A model generated the notes under the pieces. That model did not search any database and had not been told where the DNA came from. It saw only the letters and a program-made list of their open reading frames with translations. A DNA stretch of 51,990 bases, taken from the NCBI GenBank assembly GCA_035624375.1, contig DASPRR010000122.1:1-51990 (forward strand). The letters run 5' to 3'. Source of the stretch: Thermodesulfobacteriota bacterium. Its GTDB lineage: Bacteria > Desulfobacterota > SM23-61. Of this stretch, positions 17,128 to 24,925 are shown in pieces. A program made the translations under genes and the position numbers. Positions within the stretch are counted from its first letter, which is position 1. Each line of letters starts with the position of its first letter.

Positions 17128-17210
17128 CCAAATTTCAAATCTCAAGTCCCCAATAAATTCCAATTTCTCAAATTCCAACGACCAAAGGGGGTTTAGAGAT
17201 TGGAATTTGG
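17128..17210. repeat. Intercistronic imperfect hairpin built from short periodic units (ccaaatttcaaatctc ... gagattggaatttgg)
   Basis: Arms at 17128-17143 and 17196-17210 are complementary apart from one mismatch and one bulge. The interior also carries aaattcca-like units. Confidence 0.6.
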
Positions 17211-17246
17211 ATTTTCGAGCTGTCACTCAAACAGGGAAGCAAGGAG

Positions 17247-18929
17247 ATGAAGAAGGGTTTCGGCCTCTGGCACAACGGGATAAAGGTCGGCCTGATCATG
17301 GGCGCCGTGGGGGTCCTGCTGGCGCTGATCGGAACAGTGGAAGCCTTCAGCCAGCGGAGCGTGATCAGTGAGGTCATCTCCATGGGCCATACCCTTTTAC
17401 TTCTGGTTGGTTTGTTCGGCGGCTACCTGGCGGCCCGCCGCACCACCCAAGCGGAATCGCCATACGCCATGCTCAACAGCCTTCTCTCGGGACTGGTTGC
17501 CGGGGGGATTCTTTCCCTTCTGGTTCTCCTGGGAAGCGTGGTAAATCTGCGCAAGATTTTCATCAATGCCTCTCCCCTCCTGTATCGACTGCTGGCCTTT
17601 GACCTAGAGCCATGGGGCGGGAGCATTATTCTCCTTTTGTTCGGGGCGCTGAGTGGCCTGTTGGCCGGCCTTTTCTATCTTTCTTCTCCCCTGGCTCGCC
17701 GGGTACTGGGAACCTCCCTGGGCTGCATGGTCATCACCGGAGTATTGCAGGACTTGCTCCGCCCCACCTTCGCCCTCTGGGGGTCCCTCGCCATCATCAA
17801 TGACTGGCTTTATGCGGCCAACGGCCTGACTCTGCCAGGAGCCGCATCCCTTTTCATCTTGATTGCCCTGGCCACTTTCCTGTGGGCCAAAAGAGGAGGT
17901 GCCCTCCAGGCGGGATTCCAGCGGATGCCCCCGGAACGGCAGCGGTTATTTCGCCTTGCCGGCTGGGGTCTCCTGGCCCTCCTTCTATTCCTGCTTCCCC
18001 AGGTCCTCGGCCTGTTCTTGAGCGAGGTATTGACCATTGTGGGCCTCTATGTTCTTCTCGGCCTGGGGCTGAACATCGTCGTCGGCTATGCCGGCCTCCT
18101 GGACCTCGGGTACGTGGCCTTTTTCGCCATCGGGTCTTACACGATGGCGCTGCTCACCTCCCCCGAGCTTGGTTTCTTCCATTTTTCTTTCTGGGGGGCG
18201 CTTCCTTTCGCGATCTTCATGGGGGTTATCTTCGGCGTCCTCCTAGGGATCCCCGTTCTCAAGATGCGAGGTGATTACCTGGCCATCGCCACCCTGGGTT
18301 TTGGAGAGATCATTCGCATTCTTGTCCTTTCGGATTTTTTACGGCCCTGGCTGGGAGGGGCTCAGGGAGTGGGGAAAATCCCCAAGGCCTCTCTGGGAGC
18401 GATCGAATTTGCCACCCCCCAGCAGCTCTATTATTTGATTCTGGCGGGGTGTCTCCTGGTGGGGTTTATCTCCTGGCGCCTGCGCGATTCTCGCCTGGGG
18501 CGGGCCTGGATGGCGGTGCGGGAAGACGAAGATGTTGCCCAGGCCATGGGGATCAACCTGGTGGCCACCAAATTGATGGCCTTCGCTACGGGAGCCGGAT
18601 TTTCGGCTTTGAGCGGCGCCATCTTCGCCAGCAAACTCGGGTCCGTCTATCCCCACAGTTTCAACGTCATGATCTCCATCAATATCCTCTGCGTCATCAT
18701 TGTGGGCGGGATGGGAAGCATTCCGGGCGTCATCCTGGGATCGATCGCCCTCGTGGGCTTGCCCGAACTCCTCCGGGAGTTTGCCGAGTACCGGCTCCTC
18801 GTTTACGGGGCTGCGCTGGTGGCCATGATGCTCCTGCGGCCGGAAGGTCTGTGGCCCGAGGCAGTCCGACGCCGCGAGCTGCACGAAGAGGAAGCGGAAG
18901 AAGTCGAGACACAACCTCCGCCGGCTTAA
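17247..18929 (+). CDS. LivM-family ABC permease with ~230 aa N-terminal polytopic extension
   Basis: 560 aa. The C-terminal ~320 aa is typical LivM (VGYAGLLDLGYVAFFAIGSY). The N-terminal part is hydrophobic with several predicted TM helices. Confidence 0.8.
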   Translation: MKKGFGLWHNGIKVGLIMGAVGVLLALIGTVEAFSQRSVISEVISMGHTLLLLVGLFGGYLAARRTTQAESPYAMLNSLLSGLVAGGILSLLVLLGSVVNLRKIFINASPLLYRLLAFDLEPWGGSIILLLFGALSGLLAGLFYLSSPLARRVLGTSLGCMVITGVLQDLLRPTFALWGSLAIINDWLYAANGLTLPGAASLFILIALATFLWAKRGGALQAGFQRMPPERQRLFRLAGWGLLALLLFLLPQVLGLFLSEVLTIVGLYVLLGLGLNIVVGYAGLLDLGYVAFFAIGSYTMALLTSPELGFFHFSFWGALPFAIFMGVIFGVLLGIPVLKMRGDYLAIATLGFGEIIRILVLSDFLRPWLGGAQGVGKIPKASLGAIEFATPQQLYYLILAGCLLVGFISWRLRDSRLGRAWMAVREDEDVAQAMGINLVATKLMAFATGAGFSALSGAIFASKLGSVYPHSFNVMISINILCVIIVGGMGSIPGVILGSIALVGLPELLREFAEYRLLVYGAALVAMMLLRPEGLWPEAVRRRELHEEEAEEVETQPPPA

Positions 18930-19033
18930 AAGGGTGGATTCGGGCTGAATCCTCCATTGCGGGCTGAAGGGTGAGCAGGAAAAATTTGGCCGATCCGAAT
19001 TTCGAAGAAGGAAATCCGGAAGAAGCAGGAAAT

Positions 19034-19091
19034 TTCAAAATCCGAATACTCAAAACAAAAAAGTTTGGAGTTTTGATATCTGGATTTTGAA
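19034..19091. repeat. Intercistronic imperfect hairpin (ttcaaaatccgaatactcaaaac ... gtttggagttttgatatctggattttgaa)
   Basis: Arms read directly. The outer ttcaaaatcc / ggattttgaa segments are perfectly complementary. Confidence 0.55.
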
Positions 19092-19147
19092 TTTGTTTCG
19101 GAATTGGCTTGCTTATTGATGTTGACAAGAGTGAATGGGGATCAGGA

Positions 19148-19921
19148 ATGGCGATTCTCGCGGCAAAGAAAGCGACCAAACGATTCGGCGGCCTTTTGGC
19201 CATGCAGGAACTGGACATCGAGGTCCAGGAAAAGAGCATTCACAGCATCATCGGCCCCAATGGGGCAGGAAAGACGACTTTTTTTAACTGCGTGACCGGT
19301 TTTTACAAGGCGGAGGAGGGGGAGATCCTTTTCAACGGCCATTCCCTGGTGGGCCTCCTGCCCGACCAGATCGTCCGCCTGGGAATCACCCGCACCTACC
19401 AGAATATCCGGCTCTTCCCCGACCTCACCGTGATGGAGAATGTACTGGTCGGGCTCCACGGGCACTTGAAAGCGGGATTTTTCGGGATTGTGGTGGGGAC
19501 TCCGGGAACCCGGAAGGAAGAAAAGGAGGCGGCTGAAGCAGCACGGAAAATTCTTCGTTTCGTGAACTTGGCGGGGAAGGGAGATTTCCTGGCCAAGAAT
19601 CTTCCCTACGGAGACCAGCGGAGGCTGGAAGTAGCCCGGGCCTTGGCCACCCGCCCCCAGCTTTTGCTCCTCGATGAACCGACTGCCGGCATGAACCCCA
19701 AAGAGACGCAGGAGATGATGGATTTCATCCGCCACCTGCGGGATGAACTGGGAATCACTATCCTGCTCATCGAGCACCAGATGCGGGTAGTAATGGGTAT
19801 CTCGGAAACCGTGACCGTCTTGGACTACGGGAAGAAGATCGCCGAGGGGAGCCCGGCGGAAATTCGGAGCAATGCCGTCGTTATCGAAGCCTACTTGGGC
19901 AAAGGAGGGGGCTCGCACTAG
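19148..19921 (+). CDS. ABC transporter ATP-binding protein (LivG family)
   Basis: Track ORF 19109..19921, trimmed to ATG 19148 (MAILAAKKATKRFGG). GPNGAGKTT, the LPYGDQRRLEVARAL region and LLLDEP are present. Confidence 0.85.
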   Translation: MAILAAKKATKRFGGLLAMQELDIEVQEKSIHSIIGPNGAGKTTFFNCVTGFYKAEEGEILFNGHSLVGLLPDQIVRLGITRTYQNIRLFPDLTVMENVLVGLHGHLKAGFFGIVVGTPGTRKEEKEAAEAARKILRFVNLAGKGDFLAKNLPYGDQRRLEVARALATRPQLLLLDEPTAGMNPKETQEMMDFIRHLRDELGITILLIEHQMRVVMGISETVTVLDYGKKIAEGSPAEIRSNAVVIEAYLGKGGGSH

Positions 19922-19929
19922 GGGTTTTT

Positions 19930-20649
19930 ATGGCCATCCTGGAGATCGAACATATTCATTCCTTCTATGGTCATATCCACGCCCTGAAAGATGTTTCGCT
20001 GGTTGTAGAAAAGGGGGAGATCGTAACCCTCGTCGGGGCCAACGGGGCGGGGAAGAGCACGACCCTCAAGACCATCAGCGGTCTGCTTCGGCCAAAGCAG
20101 GGGACGGTCCGTTTTGAAGGAGAAGAGCTCACCCAGTATCCTCCCCATGAAATTGTCGGGAAGGGGGTCGTTCAGGTCCCCGAAGGACGGCGAATTTTTG
20201 GCCGCCTTACGGTTTTAGAGAACCTGGAAATGGGGGCTTTCTTGCTCTCGGACCGCAAGAGGGTTCAGGCCAATCTGAAGCAGGTTTTTTCCCTCTTCCC
20301 CAGGCTCGAAGAACGTCTGGATCAGGTGGGGGGAACCCTCAGCGGAGGGGAACAGCAGATGCTGGCCACCGGGCGGGCGCTCATGTCCAGCCCCCGTCTC
20401 CTTCTCCTCGATGAACCTTCCATGGGACTGGCGCCAGTCCTGGTAGACAGCATCTTCGACACCATCCGGAAGCTTCATGAGACCGGCACCACTATCCTTC
20501 TGGTGGAGCAGAACGCCCGCATGGCCCTCCAGGTAGCCGACCGTGGATATGTTCTTCAGACCGGGACGATCCTGCTCAGCGACAGCTCGGAAAGCCTGCG
20601 GCAGAACGAGACCGTGCGCCAGGCGTATTTGGGGGAATCCACAGAATAA
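19930..20649 (+). CDS. ABC transporter ATP-binding protein (LivF family)
   Basis: 239 aa with GANGAGKST, LSGGEQQMLATGRAL and LLLDEPS. Confidence 0.9.
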   Translation: MAILEIEHIHSFYGHIHALKDVSLVVEKGEIVTLVGANGAGKSTTLKTISGLLRPKQGTVRFEGEELTQYPPHEIVGKGVVQVPEGRRIFGRLTVLENLEMGAFLLSDRKRVQANLKQVFSLFPRLEERLDQVGGTLSGGEQQMLATGRALMSSPRLLLLDEPSMGLAPVLVDSIFDTIRKLHETGTTILLVEQNARMALQVADRGYVLQTGTILLSDSSESLRQNETVRQAYLGESTE

Positions 20650-20830
20650 TTTCGAACTGCGGATTTCGGATGGGGGAATATTTTTACCCGGGCGCTGCCG
20701 TAGTGAAGTACTCCGATTCTTCTGGGGATTCCATTGTGAGTGCTCTGATCCGGCGGCACTGCAGGACCGTATTTCGGGTTTACCTATTGAACCTTAGTCT
20801 AATCCGACCAGGAGAAGCCGAGACAGTGAT

Positions 20831-20869
20831 AGAGGGAGGGGCAGCTGAAAATCTCTCCCTCTTTTTTTT
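20831..20869 (+). terminator. Rho-independent terminator
   Basis: agagggag (20831-20838) / ctccctct (20855-20862) followed by tttttttt. It lies about 180 nt after the livF2 stop. Confidence 0.7.
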
Positions 20870-20964
20870 GTCCGCGGAAAAGGGTATATTTCTATTGGGA
20901 ACCCCGAGGGTCGCGGTAAAATGAGACCAAATCAGACCCCTCGGAAGCTCAGGAATCGTCAACG

Positions 20965-23190
20965 ATGAGCGTTTATGCCATCCCCGCGGCATTAGCCTTC
21001 GGCATCAACCTGACCCTCTGCCTGATTGTCTTTTATGACAATCCCAAGGGGGTGGTGAACCGGGTCTTCACCCTCCTCATCCTTTCCTTTGTAGCCTGGA
21101 ACGCCGGCGAGCTGATCATGATCACCAGCGACCTCCATTCCGTCGCCCTGGTGGGGGTGAAAGTCATATTCATCGGCGTTTTCCTCTTCCCCGTCTTCTT
21201 CCTCCATTTTTCCTACGTCTTTCCCCAAAAAATAACCCCCCTCTTCGACGGCTGGCGCAGCCTCATTCTCTACGCGGGGCCGGTGGCCCTCCTGGTTCCC
21301 TTTATCCTTCTTCTTCAGGTGGACATCGGGCGGGTGGTGCAAATCGGCTCCATCTTTTATTATGTCTTCACTTTCCACGGGCGCTTGGAGTCCCAGCTTA
21401 TGGCCCTGATCCTGGGCCTGATCGGCCTCGGGTACTTCACCTGGGGGGTGGTCAACTTCATCATTTCCTACCGGCAAACCAAGATCGCCCGACAGCGGCT
21501 GCAGATCCTGTACCTTCTGGTAGGAATCATCTCCATGTTCGTCATCGGGCTTGTCCTCCACGTGATGAACTATTTTTTTGACCTGGGCTATTCCTTCTTT
21601 TTTGTGGCCAGCCTGTATTCTCTCCTGATCAGCTTCTTCTTCGCCCTGGCCATCGTGAAATACCGTCTGGTGGATATCCACTTCATCATCCGGGGCGGGA
21701 TTCTGTATTCGCTCCTCTCCGGTCTGGTCCTAGTGATCTACGTTCTCTTCATCAAAAACGTATGTGATATCCTGGCCCGGAAGCTGGAGACGACTTCGCT
21801 CCTGGTGGAAGCTACCATGGTGCTGGTCCTGGTCTTCCTCCTGCGCCCGTTGGAGAGGAAAGTGGAAGAGTTCATCGACCGGTTCTTCTACCGGGAAAGG
21901 TATTTCTTCCGCCTGAAATTCTTCGAGTTTACCCGCACCCTCTTGAATCTTCTGGACCTTCAGACCCTGCTCGAGACCACGGTCGCCTTTATCTCCCAGG
22001 CCCTTCTCCCGGATCGGGTGGGAATCTGGATCCTGGAAAGCGAGTCGAATTGCTACCGACTCTTCAGCCAGAAGGGGTTTTCCCGGGAGCGTTATTTCGC
22101 CGCAGACAGCCCTTTCATCGCCTACCTGAAAAAGTCGGAAAGAGCGGTGGAGCTGGAGACGGTCAAGGATTTTCGAGCCCTCCAGCCCGAAGTCCGGGAA
22201 ATGAGTGATGCGCGCCTTTCCCTGGTCCTCCCGCTGGAATGGGAGGAAGGCCTGCTGGGATTCATCCTGGTGGGGGAGAAAAAGGACGGGAAGAACTTCA
22301 CCATCATGGAAATTGAAGCCCTGGAGGCTTTGGCTCCTGCCGTGGCCATGGCCATCTCCCGGGCACGCCTATACCAGGACCTGAAAAAAAAGGACTGGCA
22401 GATGATGCAGTCGGAGAAGCTTGCGGCCCTGGGGGAGATGGCCGCTTCCTTCGTTCACGGGATCCGGAACCCCCTGGGAATCATTCTAGGTTCGGCAGAG
22501 ACCCTTAAGAAGAAGGTTCCCCAGCCGGTCCAGTCGGAGATGATCCAGTTTATCAGCGAGGAGTCCGACCGGATCAACCGCATGCTCACCAACTTCCTGG
22601 AATTCGCCAAGCCCAAACCGCCCGTCTTCCAGGAGGTGGACCTGAAGGAGGTCCTGGACCGGACCCTGGATTGGATATCCATCCCGGCGCGGAAACAGCG
22701 GGTCGAGGTCCTAAGAGAATACCCAGAAGAAAAAGTCCTCATCCCCGTGGACCCCGAGCAGGTCCGCGAGGCTCTGGTGAATCTGGAGATGAACGCCCTG
22801 GAAGCCATGCCCCAGGGGGGTAAGCTGAGGATCGTATTGAACCAGAAGGATAACCGGGATGTGACTATCCGCCTCAGTGACACGGGGGGAGGGATCTCTC
22901 CGGAGCTGGAGTCCAAGATCTTTGATCCCTTCTTCACCACCAAGCAAAAGGGAACGGGGCTGGGGCTCTCCATCGTCCATTCGGTGGTGAAGAACCACGG
23001 AGGGACCATCTCCGTCATCAGCAACAACGGAGAGGGGACCACCTTCACCTTGACCCTGCCTTTCCCCAAGGCGATCATGGGGTGCTTCGGGGCCGTGGGG
23101 CCGGTTCAAAACAGCAAAGAACAGGGTTCAGGGCATATTCCTGAATCGTCCGCTCGGAGTTCGGAGCGTAAAGGGAGGAGCAACGAGTAA
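20965..23190 (+). CDS. Sensor histidine kinase: N-terminal 7TM-type membrane domain, GAF-like domain, HisKA, HATPase_c
   Basis: 741 aa. The first ~290 aa are about seven hydrophobic helices with almost no loops. A GAF-like stretch follows (VGIWILESE...LLGFILVGEK). H-box is FVHGIRNPL, N-box NLEMNALEAM, G-boxes DTGGGI and GTGLGLSIV. Confidence 0.85.
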   Translation: MSVYAIPAALAFGINLTLCLIVFYDNPKGVVNRVFTLLILSFVAWNAGELIMITSDLHSVALVGVKVIFIGVFLFPVFFLHFSYVFPQKITPLFDGWRSLILYAGPVALLVPFILLLQVDIGRVVQIGSIFYYVFTFHGRLESQLMALILGLIGLGYFTWGVVNFIISYRQTKIARQRLQILYLLVGIISMFVIGLVLHVMNYFFDLGYSFFFVASLYSLLISFFFALAIVKYRLVDIHFIIRGGILYSLLSGLVLVIYVLFIKNVCDILARKLETTSLLVEATMVLVLVFLLRPLERKVEEFIDRFFYRERYFFRLKFFEFTRTLLNLLDLQTLLETTVAFISQALLPDRVGIWILESESNCYRLFSQKGFSRERYFAADSPFIAYLKKSERAVELETVKDFRALQPEVREMSDARLSLVLPLEWEEGLLGFILVGEKKDGKNFTIMEIEALEALAPAVAMAISRARLYQDLKKKDWQMMQSEKLAALGEMAASFVHGIRNPLGIILGSAETLKKKVPQPVQSEMIQFISEESDRINRMLTNFLEFAKPKPPVFQEVDLKEVLDRTLDWISIPARKQRVEVLREYPEEKVLIPVDPEQVREALVNLEMNALEAMPQGGKLRIVLNQKDNRDVTIRLSDTGGGISPELESKIFDPFFTTKQKGTGLGLSIVHSVVKNHGGTISVISNNGEGTTFTLTLPFPKAIMGCFGAVGPVQNSKEQGSGHIPESSARSSERKGRSNE

Positions 23191-23260
23191 CCAGTAACGA
23201 GATGCGAGCGACGGAAAAAGGAAAACGAACGACTGGCATCAGCGAAAAATTTGGGGGTCT

Positions 23261-24664
23261 ATGAAACCACGAATCCTTATCGTAGATGATGAAGCCCGAA
23301 TGCAGAGGCTCTTCGAGATCAACCTGGGCCCGAAGTATGAAGTCATGACCGCCGGTGATGGGGAGCAGGCGCTGGAGGTCGTTAAATCCGGAGATGTGAC
23401 CCTTCTGGTCACCGACCTGAAGATGCCGGGGATGAACGGGATGACCCTGCTGCAGGAAGTTCACCGGGTCTATCCCGATCTGCCGGTGGTCATCATGACC
23501 GCTTATGGCACGGTGGAAGGGGCGGTCCAGGCCATGAAGGAAGGGGCGGTGGATTACATCCTCAAGCCGGTCAAGATGGAGGAAATGGAGTTCCTCATTG
23601 AGAAGACCCTTTCCGTGCGCCGCCTTCAGGACGAAAACAGGTCTCTCCGCCAGGAACTGCAGAGTGTTTACGGTCCAGCCAGTATTGTCGGGAATCACCC
23701 GGCCATGCAGAAAATCATCCAGCTCATTTCTCAGGTGGCCGGGACCAAAGCCACGGTGCTGGTCCAGGGGGAGAGCGGGACGGGAAAGGAGATCATCGCC
23801 CGGGCAATTCATTACCAGAGCGACCGGGCGAGCAAGCCCTTCGTGGTCATCAACTGCGCCGCCATCCCCAGCAACCTCCTGGAGAGCGAGCTCTTCGGCC
23901 ACGAAAAGGGGGCCTTTACCGGGGCGATCAAGACCAAAAAGGGCCGGCTGGAGCTGGCCGATCAGGGAACTCTATTTTTGGATGAAATCGGCGAAATGCC
24001 CAAGGAATTGCAGGTGAAAATCCTTCGAGTGCTGGAGGAGCAGAAATTCCAGAGAGTGGGGGGCACCGAAGATGTGGAGGTGGACAACCGGATCATCGCT
24101 GCCACTAACAAGGACTTGAAGCAGGCCGTAGAAGCCGGGGCCTTCCGGGATGACCTCTTCTATCGCCTGAATGTGATCACCATCTCCATCCCGCCCCTCC
24201 GGGAAAGGAAAGAGGATATTCCTCTGCTCGTCGATTATTTCCTGGAGAAACACCGAAAGATATTCAAAAGCCGGGCAACGGGGGTGAGCGATGAAGCCCT
24301 TAAATTACTGGCGGAGTACCCTTGGCCGGGGAATGTGCGGGAGCTGGAGAATACCCTCGTCCGGGCCATGATCCTTTGCGGGTCTGAGTTGATTCAGCCT
24401 GGCGATTTACCGGAGGGGCTGGGTCCGGAAGAAATTGAAGAAGAAGTGAGGCCGCCCACGGACCGGGAAGAACTGAAGCAGATGAAAAAGGTGGCCCAGC
24501 AGAAGGCAAAGGGGGAGATTGAAAAGAAGTTTATCATTGAAGCACTCAAGCAGGGGGGGGGAAACGTCATGCGCTCGGCAGAAATGGTGGGCATGGACCG
24601 GAGACAATTCCAGAACCTTCTCCGAAAATACGGCATTTCCCGGAAGGACTTTCTTAAAGATTAG
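23261..24664 (+). CDS. Sigma-54-dependent response regulator (NtrC family: REC, AAA+, Fis-type HTH)
   Basis: 467 aa. REC domain (ILIVDDE...TDLKMPGMNG), Walker A GESGTGKE, the GAFTGA motif (EKGAFTGA), ESELFGHE, and a C-terminal HTH (GGNVMRSAEMVGMDRRQFQNLLRKYGI). Confidence 0.9.
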   Translation: MKPRILIVDDEARMQRLFEINLGPKYEVMTAGDGEQALEVVKSGDVTLLVTDLKMPGMNGMTLLQEVHRVYPDLPVVIMTAYGTVEGAVQAMKEGAVDYILKPVKMEEMEFLIEKTLSVRRLQDENRSLRQELQSVYGPASIVGNHPAMQKIIQLISQVAGTKATVLVQGESGTGKEIIARAIHYQSDRASKPFVVINCAAIPSNLLESELFGHEKGAFTGAIKTKKGRLELADQGTLFLDEIGEMPKELQVKILRVLEEQKFQRVGGTEDVEVDNRIIAATNKDLKQAVEAGAFRDDLFYRLNVITISIPPLRERKEDIPLLVDYFLEKHRKIFKSRATGVSDEALKLLAEYPWPGNVRELENTLVRAMILCGSELIQPGDLPEGLGPEEIEEEVRPPTDREELKQMKKVAQQKAKGEIEKKFIIEALKQGGGNVMRSAEMVGMDRRQFQNLLRKYGISRKDFLKD

Positions 24665-24674
24665 AGGAGAAAGA

Positions 24675-24726
24675 GAGTGTAAAGTGCGAAAAAACGAGTG
24701 TAAAGTGCGAAATGGTCATTCGCACT
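24675..24726. promoter_or_regulatory. Candidate enhancer (UAS): 17-nt direct repeat x2 with 21-nt period, overlapping the palindrome AGTGCGAA-N7-TTCGCACT
   Basis: gagtgtaaagtgcgaaa occurs at 24675-24691 and again at 24696-24712. The inverted repeat is 24704-24711 / 24719-24726. The block lies 150-200 nt upstream of the -24/-12 element. Confidence 0.4.
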
Positions 24727-24827
24727 GTTAAGTATTTAACATTAATCATTATTCCGACTTTTCCCTTCCACTTGCATTAAATTCTCGCATCTTCCCAGTT
24801 GGTTAGCGGCCCCGTCTATAAAAAAAT

Positions 24828-24848
24828 CTAATAATATTAAATTATTAG
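24828..24848. promoter_or_regulatory. AT-rich perfect palindrome CTAATAAT-attaa-ATTATTAG between the candidate UAS and the -24 element
   Basis: Read directly. Its position (25-45 nt upstream of -24) is where DNA-bending proteins often act at sigma-54 promoters. It is not a good IHF consensus match. Confidence 0.3.
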
Positions 24849-24871
24849 GAAAATATTTCGAATTTTTTGGA

Positions 24872-24886
24872 TGGCTCAGATTTTGC
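24872..24886 (+). promoter_or_regulatory. Sigma-54 (-24/-12) promoter TGGCTC-agatt-TTGC
   Basis: GG at 24873-24874 and GC at 24885-24886 have the canonical 12-nt offset (consensus TGGCAC-N5-TTGC). It lies 40 nt upstream of ATG 24926 and directly downstream of a sigma-54 activator gene. Confidence 0.65.
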
Positions 24887-24925
24887 CTGTATTCCCCTTA
24901 AACGGAATAAATAGGGAGGATACTT

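Noticed and set aside
20670-20924. 84-aa plus-strand ORF after livF2
   Set aside because: It has no RBS, reads through a Rho-independent terminator, and has no motifs.
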